DNA from: an uncultured delta proteobacterium
Lineage (GTDB): Bacteria > Desulfobacterota > Binatia > Binatales > Binataceae
Direction: 5' to 3'
NCBI GenBank assembly: GCA_963711565.1
Contig: CAVQEQ010000003.1
Location: forward strand, 352,001-416,000
DNA length: 64,000 nt
In this document: piece after piece, positions 47,612 to 58,824 of the stretch
Position numbering within the stretch: position 1 is the stretch's first letter
Layout of the letters: every line of letters starts with the position of its first letter
Notes under the pieces: model-generated
Told to the model about the DNA's origin: nothing
Databases searched by the model: none
Seen by the model: the letters and a program-made list of their open reading frames with translations, nothing else
Translations under genes and position numbers: made by a program

Positions 47612-49396
47612 TTATTTCCTGTTTGGAGTTTGAGACAAGTGACCGTTCGCTCTGCGGCTCCTGGCCATGGCCGCTTGATTTTCGATCACCTTCTTTTCGC
47701 GCTTGTTTTCGAGCGATACCGCCTTCTTCACCCCTGCCGCGTCGGCTTCGAATTCGGCGCGCAGCGCTTCGATGTGCGCTTCCATCGCCTTGCGCCGGTG
47801 TTCGAGCTGCGCAAGTTTGAGGTCGTTCTCGTCGGTCTGCCGAGCTGACGCGTCGCGTTCGTGCTCCTCGAGCGCCACTCGTGCCGAGCCCGTAAGCATG
47901 CCGGAGGGCCCGAGATAAACCTCGACCAGGCGGATCCCTTTGGCGCTCAGCAGGAACTCCCGAATCTGGTTCGAGTGATTCATCCCGCGCGACTTCAGCA
48001 CGTAGAGGCCGCGATTGCGCTCTCCCGAAACCTCGATATCACGCACCATCATCCAGGTGTCGATTAGCGAGGAAATTCCGACGTCGGAGGTTTCGAGCAG
48101 CCCGCTGTTTTCGGTAAGCACGGTAAAAAAGCCGGTGATGCCTTCGGTCTTCAGGAAGTCGATGAGCAGCGTGAGCATCGCGGTCACTTCCCGCGGAGTT
48201 CCGGCCGAAATCAAGTTCGAAATCGGATCCACCACAACCACTGCCGGCCGAAATCGCCCGACTTCCTTGTGCATCGAAACGAGATGCATCTCGAGGCCGT
48301 AGAGAAACGGACGCTGCGCGATTATCCGGAGCCGCCCGCTGTCCAGATGAGGCTGCAGATTGATGCCGACCGATCGCATGTTGCGGACGATCTGTTGCTC
48401 CGACTCTTCGAACGCAAAGAAAAGGACCCGCTCACCGCGCTCGCACGCAGCACGCGCCAGTGCTGCCGCGAAGCTGCTTTTCCCCATGCCCGCCGTTCCC
48501 GACAACAGAACGGTGCTGCCGCGATAGTAGCCACCGACGCCCAGCATCGCGTCCAGGTCCGGCACGCCGCTGGAGATAACCTCGCTCGAAACCTTGTGGC
48601 GCAGCGCCATCAACGTCACCGGCAATACCGAAAATCCCTGCTCGTCGATGATGAACGGATACTCGTTGGTGCCGTGGCTGCTGCCGCGATATTTCACGAT
48701 CCGCATGCGGCGCGTCGTGATTTGATCCATGACCCGATGATCGAGCAGGATCACGCAATCCGCGACGTATTCCTCCAGCCCGTAACGGGTGAGCGAGTTC
48801 TCGCCGCGTTCGCCGGTGACGATCGCCGTGACGCCGAATGATTTCAGGAATTGAAACAGCCGCCGGATCTCGGCGCGCAAAAGTGCGGTGTTCGAAAATC
48901 CCGAAAAGAGTGTCTCGATCGTATCCAGCACCACCCGCTTCGCGCCGACCGACTCGATCGCGTACTTGATCCGGATGAAGAGTCCCTCGAGGTCGTAGTC
49001 GCCAGTCTCGGAAATTTCGTTCGGATCGATATGGACGTGATCGATCGCGAGCTTGCCCTCGCGCACGAGTTTGCCGAGATCGAAATCGAGCGACGCGGCA
49101 TTTACCACCAGCTCGTCCCTGGTTTCCTCGAACGCGACGAACACCCCCGGCTCGCCATACTCGCGAACGCCGTTGACGAGAAACTCGACCGCGAGCATCG
49201 TTTTGCCGCATCCGGCACTGCCGCAGATGAGCGTCGCTCGTCCGCGCGGGAGTCCGCCAAGCGTTACTTCGTCGAGCCCGGTGATTCCGGTCGGCGCCTT
49301 TTCGAGGCGGTCAACTGCCCTGGTTGCCGCGCTGCGGGCGGATTTCGGTTTTGCAAACCTTGAGTTCGTTGCGCCGGTAGAGTGGTTGGAGCTCAT
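47612..49396 (-). CDS. kaiC: Double-domain KaiC ATPase/kinase (KaiC2 type)
   Basis: Two P-loops (GSAGCGKT, GTAGMGKS), KYRGS.H, KSRGMNHSNQIREF, phosphosite ISSLIDTW, C-terminal coiled coil. Confidence 0.96.
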   Translation of the reverse strand: MSSNHSTGATNSRFAKPKSARSAATRAVDRLEKAPTGITGLDEVTLGGLPRGRATLICGSAGCGKTMLAVEFLVNGVREYGEPGVFVAFEETRDELVVNAASLDFDLGKLVREGKLAIDHVHIDPNEISETGDYDLEGLFIRIKYAIESVGAKRVVLDTIETLFSGFSNTALLRAEIRRLFQFLKSFGVTAIVTGERGENSLTRYGLEEYVADCVILLDHRVMDQITTRRMRIVKYRGSSHGTNEYPFIIDEQGFSVLPVTLMALRHKVSSEVISSGVPDLDAMLGVGGYYRGSTVLLSGTAGMGKSSFAAALARAACERGERVLFFAFEESEQQIVRNMRSVGINLQPHLDSGRLRIIAQRPFLYGLEMHLVSMHKEVGRFRPAVVVVDPISNLISAGTPREVTAMLTLLIDFLKTEGITGFFTVLTENSGLLETSDVGISSLIDTWMMVRDIEVSGERNRGLYVLKSRGMNHSNQIREFLLSAKGIRLVEVYLGPSGMLTGSARVALEEHERDASARQTDENDLKLAQLEHRRKAMEAHIEALRAEFEADAAGVKKAVSLENKREKKVIENQAAMARSRRANGHLSQTPNRK

Positions 49397-49591
49397 TACC
49401 TTATGTCGGTTATGGACGCTGACAATAGTGCAACTTGCAATTGATAACAAAGCAAACGAGGATCCGAAAATTTATTTTTCGAGCCGCATCGGTAAGATTT
49501 ACAATCTGAGATTTACAGATAGAGGTATCTGGGGTGAGATCCCTCGCGTCAGAGTGCGCTTCCACTACTCGCTTCGTCAGGATGAAAAGAG

Positions 49592-50611
49592 TTACAAAGT
49601 TCTGCCGACCGCCTCGGCCAGCGGCTTCAGCGACTTCATCAGGTCGGCGAAGCGCGACGGCTTCAACTGCTGCGGGCCGTCGGACAGCGCGCTGTCGGGT
49701 TTCGGATGGACCTCTATCAGCAATCCGTCGGCGCCTGCCGCGATCGCTGCCAGCGCCATCGGCGCCACCATCTTGTAGATGCCTGTTCCGTGACTCGGAT
49801 CGACCAGCACCGGCAGATGCGTCCATTCCTTGAGCAGCGGTATCGCGTTCAGATCGAGCGTGTTGCGCGTGGCGGTCTCGAAGGTGCGAATCCCGCGCTC
49901 GCATAGCACTACGTTGGGATTGCCCTCCGACAAGATGTACTCCGCCGCCATCATGAACTCTTCAAGCTTCATCGACATCCCGCGCTTGAGCAGCACCGGC
50001 TTCTTGATTCTGCCGAGGCGGCGCAGCAGCGAAAAATTCTGCGCATTGCGCGCGCCGACTTGCAGCATGTCGGAATGCTCGACGACCTTGTCGATATCGT
50101 GCGGGTCCATGATTTCGGTGACCACCGGCAAACCCACGCGCCGCCCGGCGTGCTCGAGCAATACGAGACCCTCGTTTTCCATTCCCTGGAACGAGTACGG
50201 CGACGTGCGCGGCTTGAACGCACCGCCGCGCAGCGCATGCGCCCCGGCTGCTTTCACCGCATCGGCGGCCGCCTCGACTTGCGCCTCGCTCTCGATCGCG
50301 CACGGTCCCGCGATCACCGCGATTCGATTGCCGCCAATTTCCATGTTGCCGACTTTGATGCGCGATCCTTCGGGCCGCACCTCGCGCGACGCCAGCTTGA
50401 ACGACCGAACTACCGGCATCACTCGCTCGACGCCGGCGACCGACTCGAGATGGGTCAGTTGATGCTTCTCGCCGCGCTCATCGCCCACGCACGCGACCAC
50501 AGTGCGCTCGATGCCGCGGATGATGTGCGCGTTGTAGTCGAGATCCTCGACCATCTTTGCTACGGCCTGGATTTCCGCTTCGGTGGCATGCGCTTTCATT
50601 ACGACGATCAA
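49592..50611 (-). CDS. aroF: 3-deoxy-7-phosphoheptulonate (DAHP) synthase, type I-beta, with an N-terminal regulatory domain
   Basis: IAGPCAIE, RGGAFKPRTSPYSFQG, GARNAQNF, CERGIRTFE, DPSHG. Confidence 0.95.
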   Translation of the reverse strand: MIVVMKAHATEAEIQAVAKMVEDLDYNAHIIRGIERTVVACVGDERGEKHQLTHLESVAGVERVMPVVRSFKLASREVRPEGSRIKVGNMEIGGNRIAVIAGPCAIESEAQVEAAADAVKAAGAHALRGGAFKPRTSPYSFQGMENEGLVLLEHAGRRVGLPVVTEIMDPHDIDKVVEHSDMLQVGARNAQNFSLLRRLGRIKKPVLLKRGMSMKLEEFMMAAEYILSEGNPNVVLCERGIRTFETATRNTLDLNAIPLLKEWTHLPVLVDPSHGTGIYKMVAPMALAAIAAGADGLLIEVHPKPDSALSDGPQQLKPSRFADLMKSLKPLAEAVGRTL

Positions 50612-50729
50612 GTGAGAACCCCTCTGCGATAACGCTTTACGATGGAATGCGTACCGGAACTCTAGTAAATCTGACTCTACAGCATGTTCTCATCGACCGG
50701 AACTGACGCGATTTTGAGGAAGGAATAGC

Positions 50730-51077
50730 ATGATCGAGTCATCGTGCGTTTGCGGAGCAGTCCGTCTCGCGATTACTCGCGCTCCGGACGAATTGGTGGA
50801 TTGCAACTGCTCTATCTGCCGGCGCTACGCTGCGCTCTGGGCCTACTACCCGCTCAAGGATGTGATCGTTCCGGGCGGATTGACGGACACTTTCATGCAA
50901 GGGCCGAAGAAGATCGAGTTCCACCGCTGCAAGATTTGCGGATGCGTTACCCACTGGTCGCCGATCGACCAGCGCGACCGGATGGGCGTGAATGCGCGTC
51001 TCATGGAGCCCGAAGTAGTGGCGCGCGCGCGTGTGCGCCACCTCGACGGCGCAAACACCTGGAAATATCTCGACTAG
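50730..51077 (+). CDS. GFA / CENP-V family Zn-binding protein
   Basis: SCVCGAV, CNCSICRR, CKICG. Confidence 0.88.
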   Translation: MIESSCVCGAVRLAITRAPDELVDCNCSICRRYAALWAYYPLKDVIVPGGLTDTFMQGPKKIEFHRCKICGCVTHWSPIDQRDRMGVNARLMEPEVVARARVRHLDGANTWKYLD

Positions 51078-51089
51078 AAGGACTCGATT

Positions 51090-51845
51090 TTGCCAGCTAA
51101 GCCGCCACATCGCCCGCTCAGCATCGTTCATACTTCCGACGTTCATCTCGAGACCGACACGTTCGGGTCCGGCGAGCGCGGCATCCAGTTGCGCGACAAA
51201 GTGCGCACCGCGTTCGGCCGCGTCATCGACATCGCCAACGAGCGCAACGCCGACATGCTGCTGATAGTCGGCGACCTGTTCGATTCGGCGCGCGTAACTG
51301 AAGAAGGCCTCGCCTTCGCGCTGGGCACTATCGCGCGCGCGAAGATGCCGGTCGTGATGATTCCCGGCAACCATGACGCGCACGACGAGCGATCGATTTA
51401 CGCGGGCCTGGCGCCGGGCACCCTCCCCGAGAACCTCCATCTGATCCTCGAGCCCGAGGGCCGTTCGATCGATTTCCCCGATCTTGCGACTCGCGTGTGG
51501 GGCCGAGCGCTGGTCGAGCACACTCCCGACTATCGCCCGATGAGCGGCGTGCCCGAGCCCGAAGAAGGACTGTGGAACATCGCGCTCGCGCACGGATTCT
51601 TCATGGAGGAAGGCGAGATCGAGCGCTCGTCGCCGATCACGCCGGCGGAAATCGAGCGCTCGCATTATGACTACGTCGCGCTCGGCCATGTCCACGTGCT
51701 GAGCGACGTGTCGCAGGGCTCGACGCGCGCCTTCTACTGCGGTACTCCCGCGCCGCTTTATTCGAGTGAAAATTCCGGATGGGTCCTGTTGGTCAATTGC
51801 GTACCCGGCCAGCCCCTCTCAATCGAACGCCTGACGGTCGGGTAG
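51090..51845 (+). CDS. Metallophosphoesterase, SbcD/Mre11-like exonuclease
   Basis: HTSDVH, GDLFD, PGNHD, AHG, YVALGHVH. Confidence 0.88.
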   Translation: MPAKPPHRPLSIVHTSDVHLETDTFGSGERGIQLRDKVRTAFGRVIDIANERNADMLLIVGDLFDSARVTEEGLAFALGTIARAKMPVVMIPGNHDAHDERSIYAGLAPGTLPENLHLILEPEGRSIDFPDLATRVWGRALVEHTPDYRPMSGVPEPEEGLWNIALAHGFFMEEGEIERSSPITPAEIERSHYDYVALGHVHVLSDVSQGSTRAFYCGTPAPLYSSENSGWVLLVNCVPGQPLSIERLTVG

Positions 51846-51908
51846 CAAGTCACCGCCCGGATGCCGTGCCGCAAGGCAAGAAACGAACCGGCTTGTAACG
51901 TGGAGGCC

Positions 51909-51977
51909 GTGACCGTGACGATCCTCGACCCGAAGTCCGCGGTCGTTGTCATCGATCTTCTGGATAAGAGCGCCTGA
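51909..51977 (+). pseudogene. Internally deleted isochorismatase-family remnant
   Basis: GGAGG RBS then MTVTILDPKSAVVVIDL-LDKSA*, matching the typical family N-terminus. Confidence 0.5.
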
Positions 51978-51979
51978 CC

Positions 51980-52303
51980 GTGGATTGGCTTCACGACATA
52001 TCCTACCTGTTCGGCGGCGCCTTTCTCGCGAATGCCGTTCCGCATTTTGTCAGCGGCATGATGGGACGGCCCTTTCAGAGCCCGTTCGCCAAGCCGCCGG
52101 GCAAAGGTCTTTCGTCCTCGACGGTGAACGTGCTCTGGGGATTTGCGAACTTCGTCGTCGCCTACGTTCTCATCGCTCGTGTGGGAAGCTTCGATTTGCG
52201 CGCCGGCGACAACGTCATCGCCATGGGTTCGGGCATGCTGCTGATGGGTGTGATGGCCGCGCGCTCGTTCGGGCGGTTCCACGGCGGCAATTCGCCCACT
52301 TGA
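51980..52303 (+). CDS. Conserved hypothetical membrane protein
   Basis: GAFLANAVPHFVSG..G.PFQSPFAKPPG..SS..VNVLWG; three hydrophobic segments. Confidence 0.78.
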   Translation: MDWLHDISYLFGGAFLANAVPHFVSGMMGRPFQSPFAKPPGKGLSSSTVNVLWGFANFVVAYVLIARVGSFDLRAGDNVIAMGSGMLLMGVMAARSFGRFHGGNSPT

Positions 52304-52380
52304 CGGCGTGGCTAAGGGCACGTTCCGCTCGCCAGAGGTCTTCAGCTATCACGTCCGCTAACTAAACGAAGGACAAACAT

Positions 52381-53334
52381 ATGCAACAGCGCAAGATTGG
52401 TCGATCTGATCTGAAGATAGCGCCTCTCGTGCTCGGCACGAATACCTTCGGATGGTCGGCGGATACCCAGACGTCATTCGCCATCCTCGATGCTTTTGTG
52501 GAGGCCGGATACAATGCCATCGATACGGCTGACGTTTATTCCTGCTGGGTTCCCGGTCATGTGGGTGGGGAATCCGAGACGGTCATTGGCGAGTGGCTGA
52601 AGGCGCGCGGCAGACGTGAACGGGTGGTTATTGCAACAAAGGTCGGCGCGCGGATGCTCAACTGGGGCGAGGGGCTGTCGGCCTCATACATCGTCAAAGC
52701 GGTCGAAGGATCGCTGAAGCGGCTGCAGACCGATTATATCGATCTTTACCAGTCGCACGTGGATGATGCCCGAACGCCGCTGGACGAGACCCTGGAGGCT
52801 TATGATCGGTTGATCAAATCCGGCAAGGTGCGCGCCATCGGCGCGTCCCACTACGATGCCCCGCGACTATCGGAAGCTTTGAGGGTCAGCCAGGACAAGG
52901 GGGTGTGCCGCTACAACAGTCTGCAGCCGCGTTACAATCTTTGTGACCGCGCCGACTTCGAAACCGCCGTGCAGGAGGTATGCGTCAAGAACGATGTCGG
53001 AGTGATCTGTTACAGCGTGCTAGCCAAGGGTTTTCTGACTGGCAAATATCGGCCCGGCGTGGACAATTCCCAGAGCAAGTGGGAGGAAATGGTGAAGCGG
53101 CGCTACGTGAACGATCGGGGGCGGCGCATCCTCAGCGCTTTGGAAGAGGTCGCGGAGGAACAGAACGCCACACAGGCCGAGGTTGCCGTTGCATGGCTGG
53201 TCGCCCAACCTGGCATTGTCGCTCCGATCATTGGCGTAAGAAGCGTCGGGCAGCTGAACGACCTTATCAATGTCGGACGGTTAGCGCTCGATAAACGGCA
53301 GCTTGATGTTCTCTCTGCCGCCAGTGCACCGTGA
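52381..53334 (+). CDS. Aldo/keto reductase
   Basis: IDTADVY, IATK, SLKRLQTDYIDLYQSH, GKVRAIG.S. Confidence 0.94.
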   Translation: MQQRKIGRSDLKIAPLVLGTNTFGWSADTQTSFAILDAFVEAGYNAIDTADVYSCWVPGHVGGESETVIGEWLKARGRRERVVIATKVGARMLNWGEGLSASYIVKAVEGSLKRLQTDYIDLYQSHVDDARTPLDETLEAYDRLIKSGKVRAIGASHYDAPRLSEALRVSQDKGVCRYNSLQPRYNLCDRADFETAVQEVCVKNDVGVICYSVLAKGFLTGKYRPGVDNSQSKWEEMVKRRYVNDRGRRILSALEEVAEEQNATQAEVAVAWLVAQPGIVAPIIGVRSVGQLNDLINVGRLALDKRQLDVLSAASAP

Positions 53335-53496
53335 TTAATCACGACGCGTGATGTAGGAAGATCTCAGAAGGAATGCCGTGAAGGGTTGCGTTGGCAACCT
53401 GTTGCTCACGTTGAATTGCACTCCCGGCCAGCCCCTCTTGGTCGAACGCTTGATGGTTGCAGCAGAGCGTTAGACAGATTGGCCGGGTTAGCCGTT

Positions 53497-53913
53497 TCAG
53501 CGCCCGGAAGCCGCCTCGTCGCGGCGCTTGAGCTCGGGGTAGATTTCCGATAACCGCCGCCACATCCGCTCCAACCCATAGCTGTCGAACGGCTCAACGA
53601 TGCACTCAAGCGCGCCCTCGCGCAGATAGATTCGCTGGTCGTCGGGTGCCCGCGACGCGCTGACGATCACGATCGACGTTTGCGGCGACTCGCGACGAAT
53701 CATCCTGAACAGTGACAACGCATCGAGCCCGCGCTCAGTGCGCAGCCCGATGTCGAGTGTGACCACATCCGGCCGCGTGGTGCGAAAGAGGTCGATTGTC
53801 TGCGCGACCGTCTCGGTCTCCGCCACCACCTGACATCCGCCGCATTCGAGATGATTGCGCATTATGTCGCGCGTGATCCCCGAGCTGTCCGCAATGAGCA
53901 CCCGTACTGCCAT
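53497..53913 (-). CDS. CheY-like single-domain response regulator, atypical
   Basis: MAVRVLIADSS, PDVVTLDI, GALECIVEPF. Confidence 0.8.
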   Translation of the reverse strand: MAVRVLIADSSGITRDIMRNHLECGGCQVVAETETVAQTIDLFRTTRPDVVTLDIGLRTERGLDALSLFRMIRRESPQTSIVIVSASRAPDDQRIYLREGALECIVEPFDSYGLERMWRRLSEIYPELKRRDEAASGR

Positions 53914-54257
53914 CAGCGGCAACCTCCATGGACGAGCACTGCGCCAGCCCAGTCCCCAAGGCGTCACAGCTGCGATCCGTTTGGGTTATTTAGCAAGGCC
54001 GGGGCCAAGAATGGCGGGCTTCGAAGGCGACCGCCCATTTTGTCGGCAAACTAGCCAAGGGCGATTCGCGGCCACTTAATTGACTATTTAGGTGCTGTCG
54101 AACCCGCCTCCCTACGATCGTTATTCACGATCGCCGTTGCACGCGAGCGATTTGTTGCATCGCAGTGACATCTGACCCTTCACCTTGTCGCCAAAAGAAC
54201 AGCGGCGGAGCCTCGATGGCGCCCGCCGCTGCGCGAGTCGCAAATGTCTTCTGCGGG

Positions 54258-55922
<1,665 letters not shown>

Positions 55923-55965
55923 TCAGTGGTTAAAAACTGGAACTCGTTGACGAGCCGGCGAATGC

Positions 55966-56256
55966 CTACTCGATGATTCCCAAGATGTCGTCTTCGCGCA
56001 GGATCAGCAGGTCTTCGCCCTCGAGCTTGAACTCGCTGCCCGAATACTTGCCGAACAGGATCTTGTCCCCCTCCTTCACTTCGATCGGTATCAGTTTGCC
56101 GTTGTCGTCGCGCTTACCCTTGCCGACGGCGACGATTTTGCCTTCTTGAGGCTTTTCCTTGGCGGTGTCCGGGATGATGATTCCACCCTTGGTCCGCTCC
56201 TCTTCCTTGACGCGCTTGACGAGAATTCGATCTCCCAGTGGCCTTAATCCTTTCAT
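55966..56256 (-). CDS. groS: Co-chaperonin GroES
   Basis: [28 protein letters not shown]. Confidence 0.99.
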   Translation of the reverse strand: MKGLRPLGDRILVKRVKEEERTKGGIIIPDTAKEKPQEGKIVAVGKGKRDDNGKLIPIEVKEGDKILFGKYSGSEFKLEGEDLLILREDDILGIIE

Positions 56257-56349
56257 TGGGAACCAGTAGCCTCCTTGGCTTACGAAAAGTGTTGCTGGAC
56301 GGGAGGATTCCCGCCGTCGGAAAGTTAATTACTGTCCGGGTTTTGTCAA

Positions 56350-56376
56350 TTGGCACTCGCAACGACTGAGTGCTAA
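56350..56376 (-). promoter_or_regulatory. CIRCE element (HrcA operator)
   Basis: Minus-strand TTAGCACTC-N9-GAGTGCCAA, one mismatch to consensus. It lies between candidate promoters TTGCAT/TAAAAT (56408-56381) and TTGACA (56349-56344). Confidence 0.93.
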
Positions 56377-56459
56377 CGGCATTTTAGCCAGATCGGGTGG
56401 AAATGCAAGGGCTGTGGATAAGGTTGCGGATCTCTAATTCCGGGCCCCCGTCCCGCTAT

Positions 56460-56654
56460 CCGGGTTTCCTCAACTAGTGCGGGCCGGGTTTCCTCAGTGG
56501 GGTTCGCCGGGTTTCTTCAGTGGGGCGGGCCGCCGTGCCCGCCGCTCCTGGGGGCAAGCGTCTGCTGTAGAAGAAATATCAGTCATTCGTTGGTAAGCGC
56601 GGTCGCAGACGCCCGCGCGTCGATGGCCGGCACGGCGGCCCGCCCCACTATCAA
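56460..56654. repeat. GTGG/GTAG-type REP inverted pair (REPIN-like) preceded by three short tandem repeats
   Basis: AGTGGGGCGGGCCGCCGTGCCCGCC (56519-56543) is inverted to 56625-56649; CCGGGTTTCYTCA occurs at 56460, 56484 and 56507. Confidence 0.8.
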
Positions 56655-57808
56655 ACCAGCGACCCGCGCTCGCTCGCGGGAATTCCGTAGGGGCCGAATA
56701 CTTGCGTCCGGTACTCGTCGTCGCGCGAGGCTCTTAGCAGCGCGTCGGGGTCGCGCAGGATTCGCAACTGGGCGCGGACGTAATCGACCTGGCGATCGAC
56801 CTCGTACCTGCGGCCCTCGACGTACGGCGCGAATGCGCTCGCGGAGAGGTCGCCGGCGCGCAATGCGCTCTCGGCGGCGATAGCGGCGAGTCGTCCCGTT
56901 CGCATCGCGAACTCATTGCCCTGCCCCGTTATCGGCGAGAGATATCCCGCCGCGTCTCCCACCAGCAGAATGCGGTCGCGCGCGACTGCGCTGACACGAT
57001 ACCCCAGCGGCGCCATCGACCATTGCCGTCCCACTCGCGGCTCTCGCATCACGCGCTCGTAGAGCCATCGATCGTGATGCCGTGCGACCGATTCGTAAAA
57101 TTCGATCGCGCCGAGCCGGTCGCTCTGCTTCTCGGCCAGGTCCGCTTCGAGGATGTATCGATACAGCCCCGGCCGAATCCGCGAGCCGCTGATCATCGCA
57201 CCGCGGACGCCGTAGAGATGTCGATCCCACGTATGCAGCGGAGTGCCGTCGAACGCCTCGAAGAAAACCGCGACGCCGATTTGCGAGAACTCCGGGTCCT
57301 CGGATTTGAGATTCAGCGCGCGCAGCGACGGTGCGTAGCGGCCGCCGGCGTCGATCAGCATCCGCGCCGCATGACGGTTGCCGTCGCCGGTGATTGCGAT
57401 CGCCGCGTCGCCTTTGAATTCCAGGTCGGTGACCCGCGCGTTCCAGATTAAGCGTCCCCCGGCCTCGACCAGTCGGCGGCGGAGCGCGGCGTTGAAGCCG
57501 CCGCGATCAACCTGCACGGGGAAAACGGAATCTGGAATCGGATGGTACGTCCACGACAAATCGGGATAGACGTTGCGGAAGCCCGTGATCCGGTCGAGAA
57601 CCCAATCGCCTTCGAACTTGACGCCCAACTGCGCGCATTCATTTTGTGTCGGGACGACCAGCACCTCGCCTGACGTGATATCCTCGCCATCCTCGCGCTC
57701 CTTGCGTTCGAGCGCGAGCACGTTGTAGCCCGCGCCGACGAGTCTGATCGCCGCCGCACATCCGGCGGGCCCCGCTCCAATCACGATAACGTCGGCGTCG
57801 AGGTGCAT
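56651..57808 (-). CDS. FAD-dependent oxidoreductase (geranylgeranyl reductase/halogenase-like)
   Basis: DVIVIGAGPAG, DR..F, IDAGGR, LVGDAAG..SPITGQG. Confidence 0.88.
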   Translation of the reverse strand: MHLDADVIVIGAGPAGCAAAIRLVGAGYNVLALERKEREDGEDITSGEVLVVPTQNECAQLGVKFEGDWVLDRITGFRNVYPDLSWTYHPIPDSVFPVQVDRGGFNAALRRRLVEAGGRLIWNARVTDLEFKGDAAIAITGDGNRHAARMLIDAGGRYAPSLRALNLKSEDPEFSQIGVAVFFEAFDGTPLHTWDRHLYGVRGAMISGSRIRPGLYRYILEADLAEKQSDRLGAIEFYESVARHHDRWLYERVMREPRVGRQWSMAPLGYRVSAVARDRILLVGDAAGYLSPITGQGNEFAMRTGRLAAIAAESALRAGDLSASAFAPYVEGRRYEVDRQVDYVRAQLRILRDPDALLRASRDDEYRTQVFGPYGIPASERGSLV

Positions 57809-57871
57809 TGGTGATTCACCGGCTGCGATCAAGAGCACGGCTCCGGATAGGGCACAAGCGCCGCGTAGATA

Positions 57872-58192
57872 CTAAAAAACGACAGGGTGTCCTAGTTGCT
57901 CGGATATCGTCTCGGCCAGGCGCGGGAACAGCTCGTGGCCGTCCTTGTCGTCGAGCCACAGACCGCGCCCGGCGTCCCAACTGTAATGGAATCCGTGGGA
58001 GCCAGCCGCGAGCCACATCTGCTTCATCTGCGATTGCCGCGACAGAATAAACTTCGCGCCGGCCGCAAACTCGATCGTCACGACGCCATCGGCCGTCGTG
58101 TAATCAACTTCGTCAGGGTCGAGGTCCTCGAGCCACTTCGCGACTCTGGTGAGAGCGGCATCGGAACGCTCGCGAAATTCGTTTTCGTCCAT
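57872..58192 (-). CDS. cyaY: Iron donor protein CyaY (frataxin)
   Basis: MDENEF, DGVVTIEF, ILSRQ...QMWLA...GFHY. Confidence 0.9.
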   Translation of the reverse strand: MDENEFRERSDAALTRVAKWLEDLDPDEVDYTTADGVVTIEFAAGAKFILSRQSQMKQMWLAAGSHGFHYSWDAGRGLWLDDKDGHELFPRLAETISEQLGHPVVF

Positions 58193-58240
58193 GTGGAGAT
58201 TGTAGCAAAGCGCGGACGCGATGCGGTACGCACTTCAGTC

Positions 58241-58510
58241 GGTGGGGCAGGCCGTCATTCATTGGTGAGCGCGGGCGCGGACGCCCGCGCGTCGATGGCG
58301 GGCACGGCGGCCCGCCCCACTATCAAGCAAGGCGATTGGTGGCGACAAATCGCCAGCCGCGAGAGGTAATTCAAGATCCGGGATTCTTCCCTTCGGCCTC
58401 GCTCAGGGCTTCGGCTCAATCACAGCGGCTTTCGCTCTGAATGACACAAAACACTGGGTGCAGGGCTCAGCCCTGCCCAAGGAAGCGTGAAACCCACGGC
58501 GGGTTTCACA
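58241..58510. repeat. Mosaic of REP-like elements
   Basis: 58253-58326 is near-identical to 56582-56655. GATTCTTC...GCTCTGAATGACA-type repeat at 58381-58446. Hairpins GCAGGGCTCAGCCCTGC and GTGAAACCC-GGGTTTCAC. Confidence 0.75.
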
Positions 58511-58538
58511 TTGAATAATGTGATTTACCCTTCCCTAC

Positions 58539-58817
58539 TCAGCGCTGCGGGCCCTTCTTCCTCATCTCTTCGTCGCGGTAGCGCTTGTACAGAATCGTCC
58601 ATTCATTCGAGCCCTCAACGACGCCGCGTTTGATCGAATTGATCTTGCGCCGCACGATCGCGTCGAGCTCGTCGCCCTGCTCGTTGAATTGCGCGACGAT
58701 TTCGCGCGCCTGCCGCAGTGCGAGCGGAAAGTTCGCGATCTCGGCCAGGCCCTCGTCGCGCAATTTTGCCAGCGACTCGCGCGCCAGGTACAGAACTCGT
58801 GCTTCGGTAAGCTTCAT
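58539..58817 (-). CDS. DUF507-like protein
   Basis: MKLTEARV..LA, VRRKI.S.KR.VVEGS.EW.ILY.RY..EE. Confidence 0.75.
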   Translation of the reverse strand: MKLTEARVLYLARESLAKLRDEGLAEIANFPLALRQAREIVAQFNEQGDELDAIVRRKINSIKRGVVEGSNEWTILYKRYRDEEMRKKGPQR

Positions 58818-58824
58818 GGAGATT

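Noticed and set aside
56413-56421. Perfect DnaA box (TGTGGATAA) upstream of groES
   Set aside because: Single copy with no cluster or AT-rich unwinding region; could be chance.
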